Source of the DNA: Octopus vulgaris
Lineage: Eukaryota
Direction: 5' to 3'
Assembly (NCBI GenBank): GCA_951406725.2
Contig: OX597832.1
Coordinates: 54,932,001-54,996,000 of the forward strand
Length of the DNA: 64,000 bases
The stretch's first letter is position 1. Each line of letters starts with the position of its first letter. The position numbers and the translations under genes are program-made. A model generated the notes under the pieces. That model was not told the DNA's origin, made no database searches, and saw nothing but the letters and a program-made list of their open reading frames with translations. Positions 28,219 to 42,382 of the stretch are shown here, piece after piece.

Positions 28219-28491
28219 AACAGAAAAAATAAACGTTTATCAGGAATCAAATTTAAATAATCAGATAATGGAGAAAACTTTTGATCAACAAACACACAAA
28301 TTGGACCACATCTGTAGATAATTTTTTCATACAAAAATATAACATAACGCAAACACACACACACACTTATACATACACACACACATATACAGACATGCAT
28401 ACATACTTACATAAATACATACACACATACATACATACATAAATACATACATACATACATACATACATACATACATACATACATACATACA

Positions 28492-28553
<62 letters not shown>

Positions 28554-28642
28554 GTTGAAATTTACAGAAAAACAAAAGACGAAGACAGGCGTATAAACAA
28601 CAAGCAGGTGTATTAGTTTAACGCTCGGGAAGGTGAGAAAGT

Positions 28643-28678
28643 CTTTTACGTTTCGAGCCTACGCTCTTCAGCAGAAAG
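28643..28678 (-). ncRNA. Minimal type I hammerhead motif in Penelope-like pLTR (core mutated to CUGCUGA)
   Basis: cttt CUGCUGA a gagc gtag gctc GAAAC GUA aaag; related to the 39591-39625 motif. Confidence 0.55.
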
Positions 28679-28682
28679 GAAC

Positions 28683-28793
<111 letters not shown>

Positions 28794-29104
28794 TATATAT
28801 ATATTTATATATACATACACACATATATGTAGACATATATATGTATATATACATGAATGTGTGTATGCATGTATGTATATGTATATAGACACACATACAG
28901 AGAGAAAGGGGGAGAAGGGGATAGATACAGATAGACAGGCAGACAGTCAGACAGACAATCCGACAAACAGACAGACAGCTAGGCAAATAGATAGGTTGTT
29001 ACACAGGCATTCTGAGTTTTGCCAGCTTCAATGCTAATTGTCATACATGAATTGTTATTTCTGTGCTTATGTATGTGTAGATAGAAAGATAGAAGCATAG
29101 GTGA

Positions 29105-29139
<35 letters not shown>

Positions 29140-29369
29140 TGTGTACATATGTGAGTGTCTGTGAGCGTGTATGTAAGTCGCTGTGTGTGTGATTATAGAA
29201 TTGTGCGTTGTTGGTCTGTGGTTACGAAGGAAGCCATATCAGTGGCAAAGCGACAAAAAAATTAAATTATATATTTGTAATTTATCTGCATTTATGCTTC
29301 TCTGTATACCTGTCTGTGTGTGTGGGAGGGAGGAATCTACTTTGTACCTGTATGTGTGTATATTTGTGT

Positions 29370-29740
29370 GTGTGTGTATGTGTGTATGTATGTATGTATG
29401 TATGTATGTATGTATGTATGTATGTATGTATGTATGTATGTATGCAAGTATGTATGTATGCAAGTATGTATGTATGTATGTATGTATGTATGTATGTATG
29501 TATGTATGTATGTATGTATGTATGTATGTATGTATGTATGTATGTATGTATGTATGTATGTATGTATGTATGTATGTATGTATGTATTTATGTATGTATG
29601 TATGTATGTATGTATGTATGTATGTATGTATGTATGTATGTATGTATGTATGTATGTATGTATGTATGTATATATGTATTTATGTATGTATGTATGTATA
29701 TATGTATGTATTTGTGTATGTATGTATTTATGTAAGACTG
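29370..29740. repeat. (ATGT)n microsatellite
   Basis: Direct inspection; one representative of dozens of AT/AC/ACAT/TAGA tracts. Confidence 0.95.
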
Positions 29741-29961
29741 TGTATGATTATGCTTGTTCGTTTCTAGACGTGTATCGTTTTCAAATGTAAGTGCTTGCAT
29801 GTATCTATACCCACATGTCTGTCTGTTTGTCTGTCTGTATGTATGTGTGTATGCGTGTATGTGTGTATGTATGTATGTGTGTGTACTTACGTACGTATGT
29901 AAACATGTATGCATGTATTTTGCGTGCATACGTACGTACATATCTATGTATCTACGCACGC

Positions 29962-30022
<61 letters not shown>

Positions 30023-30108
30023 TGTGAGTACGTACGTGAATGTATGTACAGTATGTGCGCATTTATGTATGTATGTGTGTATGTATGTATGTATGTAAGT
30101 ATTCGTAA

Positions 30109-30144
<36 letters not shown>

Positions 30145-30243
30145 GTGTGTCTGTATGTACTTACATATGTACATGTATGTATACATACGTACATACGTAT
30201 ATAGATACGCACTGGTATGTATATATACATATATATGCGTGTG

Positions 30244-30280
<37 letters not shown>

Positions 30281-31044
30281 GTATGTATCTATGTATATAT
30301 ACATGTGTGTCTGTGCGTATATATACATATATATACATATATACATGCGTATATAATTATATATACGTATACATACATACATAAATACATGCATGCATAC
30401 ATACGTACATACATATACTCACGCGTATGTATATATATATATATATATGCGTTTGTGTATATATATATATATATATATATATGTAAATATACATGTGTGC
30501 CTGTACGTATATATAAATACATACATACATACATACATACATACATACATACATACATACATACATACATACATACCTGAATACATATACGCACACACAT
30601 ATACAACATGTACACAACATAGGTACGCACAAAGAAAGATATACGTACACGTATGTCCGTGTTTATTGCGCACCTATTTTCTGTATAAGTTCGCCGTGTG
30701 TATTTTTCTAAACGGTACGTCTATGTATGTATTTTATACGTTGTAAGATTTTAGAGCAGATCAGAGAACCTAGTTTACGTAATAGAAATGATATTTAGAT
30801 TCGTGCAGCAGTCGATTCAGAAACGCCACGTCTGCCTAAATATCAATGCACATGCCTGCAGAGATTAAATGAGAAAGTGTTAGTATACAACTGAGCGTGC
30901 GTGCACTAATGCACGCATCTTATACTTGCATCTACGTGTGTTTTGCTACAAATTTTGTTACACGAGTTTTATTTTAAAACTTGAATGCCGTACGACAAAA
31001 GAAGGAAATGAAATTCGGATAATAACAGCAAAAATGTAAAAGGA

Positions 31045-31177
31045 TAATGATGATAATAATAACAATAATAATAATAATAACAATAATAATGATAATAGTA
31101 ATAGTAATAATAATAATGATAATAATAATAATAATAATAGTAATAAGTAATAGTAATAATAATAATAATAATGATGA

Positions 31178-31244
<67 letters not shown>

Positions 31245-31261
31245 TAATAATGATAATAGTA

Positions 31262-31310
<49 letters not shown>

Positions 31311-31353
31311 TAATAATAATAACAACGATGATGATAGTGACGGTGGTGATGTG

Positions 31354-31431
<78 letters not shown>

Positions 31432-31515
31432 ATGGTAGTATTGGTGGTGGTGGTGGTGGTGGTGGTAGTAGAAGTAGTAGTAGTAGTAGTAGTAATAGCA
31501 GTGGTGGTGCTGGTG

Positions 31516-31569
<54 letters not shown>

Positions 31570-31572
31570 ATG
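31045..31572. repeat. Compound triplet repeat (AAT)n-(GGT)n-(GTA)n
   Basis: Direct inspection. Confidence 0.95.
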
Positions 31573-32108
31573 ATGGAGGAGAGAATAAAGAAATAAAGAT
31601 ATATGAAGGTGTTGCGGTATCAGTGAAGAGGGCGTGGGTGGGTTGGCGGGTTTTGAGAGAAAAGTGTTTATTTGTGAGAGAAAGAAATAGCTTAGATCTA
31701 TACATATTGTGTGCGTGTATACGTATATATATATATATATGTGTGTGTGTATCTATGTATGTATGTATATATAAATATATATACATATATATATATTTAT
31801 ATAAATGCATATATATTCATATATATATTTCAATATGTATATATTCATAAGCACACACAGATATATATTCATATATATGTGTGCTTGTGTATATGTGTGT
31901 AAGTGTATATGTATGTATAGATTAATCTCTGTGTGTGTGTATGTGTGTGTTTGTGTGCGTGTGTATAATGTATATATACGTGCGTTTAAAGTGAATAGGT
32001 GAATAAAATAAAGAAAGAAAAAAAGAAGTGTAAGAGTGGGTGAAAGGGAGAAGAGGTAGCCAGACAGGTACAGAATGTGAAAGAGAGGGAGAAAGTGGTG
32101 GAATGAGT

Positions 32109-32145
<37 letters not shown>

Positions 32146-32894
32146 AGAGAGTGAGAGAGTTGAATTAAGATAAAATTAGTGAAGCTTCCCTTTCACAGGA
32201 ATAAATTTATTTTTCTGCGTGAGTAAACGGTATGAAGACAGCATCGAGAACAACAACAACAACAGCAACAACAACATCAATATCGAGAACAAGAAATAAA
32301 ATAAAACAAAAACAAAACAAGACAAACAAACAAACAAAAATGAAAAGAAGCTTGAACGAACGACGGAGAACAAGTAATGATAACACGATAGAAAATATAA
32401 AGAGGGAAAGAAAGAAAGAGAGAGAGAGAGGCGAGGAGAGATGAAGAAAAGGAGGAAGGAAAGGAGGAAGGAGAGAAGGAAGGAAGGAAAGTGAAAGTGA
32501 AAGTAAGTAAGAAAGAAAGGGAGAAAATGGCGAAACCAAATACAAAATGGTGATTTATTCCTTGGTTTATTTTCCAATCAAATCTACGCTTCCGAGCCGA
32601 TGCCCTAAGTATACGCACCACGATGGCGACAATGGCAGTGGTGATGCTGGTGAGGATGATGATGATGGTGATGGTGATGGTGGTGGTGGTGGTGGTGGTG
32701 GTGGTGGCGGCGGTTGTTGTTAGGAGCCGCGTGGAGACGAAAGGCTGGCTTTCAACGTTGTTTTTGTTTTAAGGTTGTTGTGATGGTGACGAATATCTTG
32801 TTCTGCTAACTTCTATAATCTCTTGGCGATTTTCCTCTCCCTCTGTGCAAGTTAAGGTCTCTCTCGCCCCCTCTCTCTCTCTCTCTCTCAGTTA

Positions 32895-32931
<37 letters not shown>

Positions 32932-33066
32932 CGTGGATGTGTATATGTATATCAGTAAGTGAACATGCTTCATTATTTCCATAGGTACTAAAACAAAAAT
33001 GGTGTTGAACAACAGAAACGGAGTGATACATACATATGTGTGTGTGTGTGTGTATGTACGTATGTA

Positions 33067-33111
<45 letters not shown>

Positions 33112-33186
33112 ATGTATATGTTATATATATATATATATATATACATATATATATGTGTGTGTATGTGCGTACGTATGCTTGCATGC

Positions 33187-33260
<74 letters not shown>

Positions 33261-33292
33261 GTATGTATACATGTATATAGATATAGATATAT

Positions 33293-33323
<31 letters not shown>

Positions 33324-33431
33324 TTTAAATTTAAAATGAAGGTAAGAAATTAGATATTAATGTAACATCGATTTCACACCAGTGGTCTAGCATATAAAAA
33401 GACTGAAGGTTCAGTAAAATTGTATTATATG

Positions 33432-33533
33432 CATATTAGAGGGAAACCACTATGTGGACACCCGTAGTGGTAAGACCATAGCGGATCTATTTCTAGCATA
33501 AGGGTGTCCACATAGTGGTTTCCCTCTAATATG
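33432..33533. mobile_element. ~100-bp MITE / perfect palindrome
   Basis: 32-bp perfect inverted arms catattagagggaaaccactatgtggacaccc, 38-bp spacer, in TA-rich context. Confidence 0.75.
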
Positions 33534-33624
33534 TATATATATAGATACATACATATATACGTATATATATATACAGATATAATATATATGTGTACACACG
33601 CACACACACACACACACACACACA

Positions 33625-33670
<46 letters not shown>

Positions 33671-33934
33671 GATGCTCCAGCATGGCTGAAACAAGTAAAA
33701 GAATAAAAGAATATATATACGTAGATGTTGGTGTGTATGTATGTATGTCCTGTGTGTAGAGTTAGATGTGGGAATGCAATAGTACGAGTCAGATCTCCAC
33801 ATAGATTATGTTTATTCAGCCAGCTCCCAGAATTACAGTCGTTAGTCGACGCCCGTATTTAGTAGTGTAACTAGTCATGATATTACAGAGTACGCGTGGA
33901 GAGAAATTAAAATAAACTCAAGCATACGTTATTA

Positions 33935-34494
33935 GTTGCTACGTACGTTTCGACATTGCAGTTATTTGAAACTCAGGACTGGATGTTCCCAAGAGCATCT
34001 AGACGCAATAGATTATCAAGGAAACACTGTTGCTTCGTATGTTTCAACATTGCAGTTATTTGGAACTCAGGACTGGATGTTTCCAAGAACATCTAGACGC
34101 AATAGATTATCAAGGAAACACTGTTGCTACGTACGTTTCGACATTGCAGTTATTTGGAACTCAGAACTGGATGCTCCAAGAACATCTAGACGCAGTGGAT
34201 TATCAAAGAAACACTGTTGCTACGTACGTTTCGACATTGCAGTTATTTGGAACTCAGGACTGGATGCTCCAAGAACATCTAGACGCAATGGATTATCAAG
34301 GAAACACTGTTGCTACGTACGTTTCGACATTGCAGTTATTTGGAACTCAGGACTGGATGTTCCAAGAGCATCTAGACGCAATAGATTATCAAGGAAACAC
34401 TGTTGCTACGTACGTTTCGACATTGCAGTTATTTGGAACTCAGGATTGGATGTTCCCAAGAGCATCTAGACGCAATGGATTATCAAAGAAACAC
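33935..34494. repeat. 93-bp tandem repeat, 6 units
   Basis: Unit gttgctacgtacgtttcgacattgcagttatttggaactcaggactggatgttccaagagcatctagacgcaatagattatcaaggaaacact. Confidence 0.95.
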
Positions 34495-34931
34495 TGCAAT
34501 GACGTGTTCCTTTGGTGATCCGTTGCCGTTAGGAGATCCAGTGTAGAGCTCCAAGAGTTCCAAATGCCTGCAATGGTGAAGCACCGGCAAGCTTCTGTAC
34601 AGTTTCCATCTATCCAGTTTCATTAGCAAGGTATGGGTTGACCGGAGACGATATAAAAAAATTGGCATTTTCTCAAAGTATGTCACAGTGATATCAAAAA
34701 CGAACCACATGGAAAACAACCGACTGAACCATTCTCTATACCCTGCCAACAGTTAAGGAACATAAACATTATAATAATCCTTTGTACTATAGGCACAAGG
34801 CCTGAGATATTGGAGGAGGGGGCTAGTCGATAAGATCGGCCCCACTGTTCAACTAGTACTTATTTTATCGACCGCGAAAGACAAAAAGGCAAAGTACCTC
34901 GGCAAGATTTTAACCCTAAACCTAAACGTAT

Positions 34932-35084
34932 ATAGGATATAGTATATCTGGTATATATAGTATATGTAGTAAAATGAAATGAAGTATTGATTGTCTTATT
35001 GAATAGATGAAATATTGAATATCGAATATTAAGGGACTAGTATACTTTCTTGCATTTATGCACTCTTCAAGGTCCCAGGTTGTG

Positions 35085-35085
<1 letters not shown>
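34932..35085 (-). mobile_element. Penelope-like pLTR fragment with variant HHR motif (35033-35076); second copy at 36698-36850
   Basis: - strand gggac CUUGAAGA gtgcataaatgcaa GAAA gtatac UA gtccc with palindromic stem III. Confidence 0.55.
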
Positions 35086-35168
<83 letters not shown>

Positions 35169-35557
35169 CATTTTTCCCTGCGTGCTAACGATTCTGCCAG
35201 ATCGGCGCCTTTATAAAAAAAATATTATAACAAGGGGTAAATTAATCAAATTCAACATTGTTGATTATTATCTATCCGTTCCCAAAATTTTCTCAGCAGG
35301 GCACCAAAATGTGGAAAAAAGATTTCGTACCATAAACAACGGATGTAAAGCGATTATCAAACATTAAAAATCTCTCTTCCATTCCACCAGGATGGACCAT
35401 TAGTACAAGGTATCGATAAAGGTTTTATACGTCAGATATTGATTGTCTCTGTATTGGAAGTTTGCTCAGTAACAAAGGGAATAAACCCAGCAAAAAGGTT
35501 GCAGCAAAACGGTCAATTCCTACCGAATCATATGACCATACCGGGGCCTTCAACATT

Positions 35558-35613
35558 CACAGTCTTCGTCTGACGAGTGTCTTCAGGGACGAAACTGTCA
35601 GTAATGAGATGTG
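35558..35613 (+). ncRNA. Type I hammerhead ribozyme candidate in unique sequence
   Basis: ttcgt CUGACGA gtgtcttcagggac GAAA ctgtcag UA atgag; predicted cleavage after 35603. Confidence 0.55.
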
Positions 35614-35683
35614 GTATAGAATCACATCAGTAGTGAGTTCTTTGCTACTTGTCAGGAGAATCATTTTATCGGTAGAAATACTT

Positions 35684-36103
35684 GAGTAGGAGTGGCTGTG
35701 TGGTAAGTAGCTTGCTTACGAACCACATGGTTCCGGGTTCAGTCCCACTGCGTGTCACTTTGGGCAAATGTCTTCTACTATAGCCTCGGGCCGACCAAAG
35801 CCTTGTAAGTGGATTTAGTAGACGGAAACTGAAAGAAGCCCGTCGTATATATGTATACATATATATAGATATATGTATGTGTATGTTTATATGTTTGTGT
35901 GTCTGTGTGTCTGTGTTTGTCTCCCCAACATCACTTGACAACCGATGCTGGTGTGTTTACGTCCCCGTAACTTAGCGGTTCGGCAAAAGAGACCGATAGA
36001 ATAAGTACTAAGCTTACAAAGAATAAGTCGTGGGGGTCGATTTGCTCGACTAAAGGTGGTGCTCCAGCATGGCCACAGTAAAATGAATGAAACAAGTAAA
36101 AGA
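35684..36103 (+). mobile_element. SINE family A, full length
   Basis: Near-consensus copy. Confidence 0.9.
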
Positions 36104-36249
36104 GTATACGCATCATATGATTATGTGTGTGTATGTGTGTGTGTGTGCGTGTATGCGTGTGGGTGTGCGAGTATGCGTGTATGTCAGTGTGTGTATTTAT
36201 GCATTCATATATGCATGTGTGTAAATATGAGTATATGCAGGTACATAAA

Positions 36250-36292
<43 letters not shown>

Positions 36293-36294
36293 TC

Positions 36295-36503
36295 TTTTTA
36301 AAGGTGTAGCGTTTGTAAGAGTCTAGATTGAATTGATATATCGGTTCCATTCTAGCAAAAACTGTCTGATGAACGGCAACGAGAAACTCAGAGTAACAGA
36401 TTTTGTTGAATTTTCTGCTGCTTAAAATAAAGCATATTACTCTACCACTGGTATTTGAGTACTCTTTTTTCCACCTTGTTTCACATTTATGTGTTTACTC
36501 CGG
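36295..36503 (+). mobile_element. Penelope-like pLTR fragment with HHR motif (36362-36399)
   Basis: ctgt CUGAUGA acggcaacga GAAA ctcagag UA acag; aataaa signal; the 3' end tgtttactccgg is also seen reversed at ~9060. Confidence 0.65.
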
Positions 36504-36563
36504 TGTAACCCGCTCCTTATAAAAGTTTGAGCGACTCTGCACAAGTAGGAAGAACAAACAGCT

Positions 36564-36627
<64 letters not shown>

Positions 36628-36850
36628 TATATTATTCAAAGGAATTCCAACTGTGTCTGTTTTTTATGTTTTATTTATATTCTTTATAATATTAATGTAG
36701 GATATAGAATATCCGGTATATATAGTATATGTAGTAAAATGAAATGAAGTATTGATTGTCTTATTGAAAAGATGAAATATTGAATATCGAATATTAAGGG
36801 ACTAGTATACTTTCTTGCATTTAAGCACTCTTCAAGGTCCCGGGTTGTGT

Positions 36851-36907
<57 letters not shown>

Positions 36908-37636
36908 GCCCCATGGTCGTAACCTCAACCGTGCTTTTTCTGTTGTGATTTTTGCTACCCAGGTATCGGTTATCATTTGAATTATCCGTAATAAGATAAT
37001 TCATTTATCTACTTCAATATATATATATATATATATACATATACACATACACGTATGCATACGTATACTTAATATAAAGGTTTGATTTCATTCCTTCACC
37101 TCCAATAGTTACGCTTTATTACATAGCTTTGCACTCCATATCGCTCGCAAGAATGTAATGAAATCTGTTGAGCACTTTATTAAATACTTTCATGTTGTAT
37201 ATGGGAAATATTCATCACGTGAACAGCGAGTACATGTGTTGGTGTACATATTACACACACACACACAGATCTATGTGTGTGCATGTGTATGTGTGTGTGT
37301 AAAATATGTGTGTATGTATTATAGATTTGCATGCATGAGCATGTACGTACGTATAGCAATTTCTGATCGACAAACATTGTTTAAACGACTGAAAGGTAGC
37401 GAGCCATGCACAAGCTGCTCACCGAAAATGGCTGCGCGTTTGTACGGTGAGATAACAAACTTAGATCGATGCACACCAGTGGCTTTCTTAGTAATGATTT
37501 CTCATTTTTCTTTAGAAGTAACACTTGATAACGCAGCATATACTAAAAATGTTAATTGATGATATATTTTAATAAGCCGTTTAGAAACTCATATATATAT
37601 ATATATATATACATACATACATACATACATACATAA

Positions 37637-37709
<73 letters not shown>

Positions 37710-37711
37710 CA

Positions 37712-37802
<91 letters not shown>

Positions 37803-37803
37803 G

Positions 37804-38200
37804 GAGGCATGGCTGTGTGGTAACAAGCTTGCTTCTCAAGCACATGGTTCGGAGTTCAGTCCCACACTGCGTGGCATCTTGGGCAAGATTCTTCTACTAT
37901 ATCCTCGGGCCGACCAAAACCTTATGACTTGATTTGGTAGACGGAAACTCAACGAAGCCCGTCGTATATGTGTGTGTGGGGGGGGGGTGCTTGTGTGTTT
38001 GTGTCTGTGTTTGTCCCACTACCATCGCTTGACAACCGATGTTGGTGTGTTTACGTGCCCGTAACATAGCGGTTTGACAAAAGAGACCGGTAGTATAAGT
38101 ACCCGACTTAAAAAGAGTAAGTCCAGGGTTCGATTTCTTCGACGAAGAAAAGGCGGTGCTCCAGCATGGCCACAGTCAAAATGACTGAATCAAATAAAAG
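37804..38200 (+). mobile_element. SINE family A, full length
   Basis: As other copies. Confidence 0.88.
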
Positions 38201-38288
38201 AATAAATAAATAAAAGAACATATATATATTTACTTACATTCAAATCTACATACATACCTACATACATATATATACACATAAATACATA

Positions 38289-38352
<64 letters not shown>

Positions 38353-38805
38353 CATATATATATATATATATATACATACACATATATATACACTGTATAT
38401 ATATATATAAATATGTTTGCGCGCGTGAGCGCGTGTGTGTGTGTGTGAGCGAAAGAAAGTAAACTCCACGAGACTCTTTATCCACTACGTTCGTTTCAAC
38501 CCATCGTGCACGGTTCCTTCCAGCTGAGATACCGTACAAGCAACTGTGGGACAGATGTCTCTCGCCAGGTGATTTGTCAAAAGGCAGCCCTTTTTCATTC
38601 GCCGTTTCGCTTATTTGTATACCAATCCATTTTAGTTGTGGTATGATTTGCGTCTATACAAGGGACTGCTATACAACGAAGAGCCCCTCATATATAAATG
38701 ATCTGGTAATTTATACGTTTGGCAGAATAAGCAAGTCAGCCGCGTGGCTTAGTGGTTATGGTTATTGGACTCATGATCGTAAGCTTGTGGTTTCGATTCC
38801 TGGGC

Positions 38806-38870
<65 letters not shown>

Positions 38871-39440
38871 TCATTGATAGACTTATATCTGTATGTGGGG
38901 TAACAGATTACAGCACAATTTATTGTGTTTTTATATAGTTTTAGACATTTACCAAATTCGGACAAAACGTCAGTTCTCCGCTCTGCAAGTAATCATCACT
39001 TGTGCTAAGTTCCTTGTTAAGACCGCGTGCATTTGTCCTCTTCAAATTGTATTAGAACGGAATTAAATTTGAAATGATGAGGTCTCGACGTCTGATGAGT
39101 CCCTAGGCTTTGTCCATCAATTTAACTTTGGAACATGTATTCACCCTTTCTAACAAAAGTCATTAACTCTCCCAAGGGTGAAAATCTAACAACACATATA
39201 TATATACATATGCGTATACGCACGTGTGTATGTGTTCGTGTGTGTATGTATGTATATGAATGCATTTAGTACACAGATAAAGTACAATCTGAATTAATCG
39301 ATAAACCGTCTCTCGCTTCTCTGGTATCTTCAAAAATCGATGAATATTTACTTGTAGAACAGTTAAAAGTATCCGAATGCGTATATCCACATCTATTTCC
39401 GTGTGTCTGTCTGAGTACACATTTATATGCACACATACAA

Positions 39441-39486
<46 letters not shown>

Positions 39487-39490
<4 letters not shown>

Positions 39491-39682
39491 TTACTCCAAA
39501 CATGAAAACACAAAGAGAAAACACAACAACGCGAGGACGTGGAACAAATATAGTATTATTGGACGCTCAGGAAGGAAGGGAAGAAGGAGGGTTTAACGTT
39601 TCGAGCGGAGCTCTTCATCAGAAACATAGGAAAAGGAAAGCTCCAGAGAAGGGAAGACAGGGAAAAAAATCCCCAACGGTAC
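39487..39682 (-). mobile_element. Penelope-like pLTR fragment with intact minimal HHR motif (39591-39625)
   Basis: gttt CUGAUGA a gagc tcc gctc GAAAC GUU aaac; inserted in a (TA)n tract. Confidence 0.7.
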
Positions 39683-40660
39683 ATATATATATATATATAT
39701 GGATGTGTGATGTATGTACATATTTGCATGTATTTATATACAGTTGTGTTATAACCAGCTGAAGGAGATGTCTTCCTGGGGTTAAAATAGCAGAATAGTC
39801 GGTTCTTACAGAACGCCTACGTTAAAGTGGCGATAAACACTACCTTTTTGGTTCGTTTACTGCTTCTGTCTCAAACAGAGATTTCCTGATGGACTAGTTT
39901 GCTAGTTACAAGATCAGTTATTGTATGACACCGTATTTTCTAATATATTACAAGCGAGGTCAGGCTAATGCCATGCCGAGCAAACGAGTGTCCATCACTG
40001 AAGTGATCCAATAAGATTGAAATCACGTGACCTTGTGGTCTCTGGGGTAGGATGGCAGAAGTTCTCTCCCCCTTTGCAATGAATATGGAATGCGAAAGCA
40101 CACTAAATAACCAGCTGGAGGAAATGTCTTCCTGGGATTAAAATAGCAGTATCGTCGGTTCTTAGAGATCACACACGTTAAAGTGGTGATAAATGATACT
40201 TTACATCTATATGCATATACATTATATGCGTCATACATATATATATATATAATTCCAAACACACTCATACCTAGGTACATACGTATGTATGTATGTATTA
40301 CATCAATTTTGTACAATTTTATTTAGTGCTACCCACTATCAGACATCGTAAATTATATTTCTAATACTACTCCAAGCAGCGGTTTTATTCTTTCGGCCAA
40401 CTGAGCAATACCGTTTTTGGTTTAGGGAACAGTTCGATAATTCTGCGTGGAGTTAACGCCGTAAATCACCGGTAAACGCCGTAAATCACCGATAGTTTCT
40501 ACATTATCTCCGGTATAAAAGTCCATTTTGAAATTCTCTGGGAGATAGTTAGGCTTATGCGCGGAAGTTGGAATTAATTTATTTAAGTCAGCGTGTAAAA
40601 CTTGATGATGTAAAGTTTCTCCGAAAGACAGAGATTGTAGGACATTCCTATATTCTTAAA

Positions 40661-41176
40661 TACCGTAAATCCGCGAGTATAATCCGCATTTTTCCCCAAA
40701 AATTTAAAGGTCAAAATCCCTAGTGCGTATTATACACGAGGTTAAAAATGAAAATTATTTTCTAAGCAATGTCCGAGACTCTATTTGCTGTCCAGCAATG
40801 TTTATTCAGACGCATTTTATGATGTTGGACGCAAAAATACCTTAAGCTAAGCCTGAAAGCAATGAAGTCATAAAAGAATCATCCATAACTTGCAATAAGC
40901 AACATTTATTAAACGTTATTACTGTTATTTCTTTATTTTCTGCAAACAAAATGCACAAAAATGCTACACGTTTGCATTTTGTTATATATACAATAATAAT
41001 AAAGGACGTTACTCTATACATTTTTACAAACCAAGGGCGTTATATAGACCTCCTTGACTCAAGTTAGAGAACGGATGCGTATTATACACAAGGTTTAGGT
41101 TTTTCAGAGGTACATCCCCCTAAAAATCCTCTACGTATTATACTTAATGGCGGACTATACTCGAGGATTTACGGTA
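40661..41176. mobile_element. pogo/Tc2-like non-autonomous DNA transposon
   Basis: TA-flanked TIRs ccgtaaatccgcgagtataatccgc / gcggactatactcgaggatttacgg; internal tgcgtattatacac repeats. Confidence 0.85.
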
Positions 41177-41954
41177 CCTGTACCTTATCTAGTACTTCTA
41201 ATGAGACACGTTAGGGGTCTCTCATTTGTCTCTCGATCTCAGAATATGCTTTGAAAGTGTTGTGGTGTTATCCAATACTCTACAAGATACTGAAGATGGT
41301 TTCGTTAGAAACTAAATATACCTGTCCTCTTGCTGACGCTTATTGGCACATGTTTGATGACGTTGGGTTGGTTGTTGGATGGGTATCGATGTACAAAAGA
41401 ATGTTGGAAATTTATTTAGTGCAGGAAAACTCATACAATTTGAAGACGTGCTTAAACTTAACCTCACCGCTGTAATTTCTTCTTCGACCGTCACAAACAA
41501 ATGAATTTCTTGACTGTGTAAATTATTCATCTCCCGGAAATTTCAGCTGTTCAGCGATACCTGATCAAAATTATAAACCATTTCAATAGCTCTACATTTC
41601 TTAGAAAAGTAATATGCTTTCTGAAGCAAACAATATGTCTTCATCAAAGTTGCCCATTGTGACGCAAAATTCGCTCAGAAGAGCGATCGCTAGCCATGCT
41701 TAAAGATAGATCTAAAGGACGTTTGATGTGATATTAGTGTAGATTAGTAATATTGACTAGTAAAATTGGTGTATATTTTAGTGAAACTGCTGGTTTCGAC
41801 ATCTAGACAGGCGCAAAGATATAATCAAAGATGTCGGTCTGTCTCAGATAAAAATTGCTTTATTTTTCCGAATCCTTTTTGTTCACATGATCGTATTGCT
41901 CCATTGATTCAAATTCATAGACCGGTTTGTATTTACATATATTCTAAGATTATA

Positions 41955-42382
41955 TTCTTTTCTACAAGGCCCGTGATTTTTGGAGAGGGGACCAGTCGAT
42001 TAGATCGACTCCAGTACGCCACAAGTGGTACTTAATTTATCGACCGCGAAAGGATGAAAGCCAAAGTCGACTCGGCGGAATTTGAACCCAGGACGTAAAG
42101 ACGAACGAAATGATGCTAAGCATTTTGCCCAGCGTGTTAACGTTTCTGCCAGCTCGCCGTCTTTATATTCTTTCCTACTCTTGGTACAAGGCCCGAAATT
42201 TTGGTGGAGGGGACTAATCGATTAGATCGACCCCAGTACGCAAGTGGTACTTTATTTATCGACCCCGAAATGTTGAAAGACAAAGTTGACTCGGCGGAAT
42301 TTGAACTCAGAACGTAAAGACAGACGAAATACCCCTAAGCATTTCGCCCTGCGTGCTAACGTTTCTGCCAGCTCACCACCTT
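41955..42382 (-). mobile_element. Two tandem SINE family D copies
   Basis: Repeated tttatcgacc...aaagtcgactcggcggaatttgaac...gtttctgccagctc. Confidence 0.85.

Noticed and set aside
33935-34494. CRISPR-like array or 31-aa repeat protein
   Set aside because: No unique spacers, eukaryotic context, and 94-bp units shift the frame
38960-39102. Type II hammerhead or C/D box (ggacaaaacgtc ... ctgatgagtcc)
   Set aside because: G12 is missing and there is no stem III or cleavage geometry; the boxes are too close for a snoRNA
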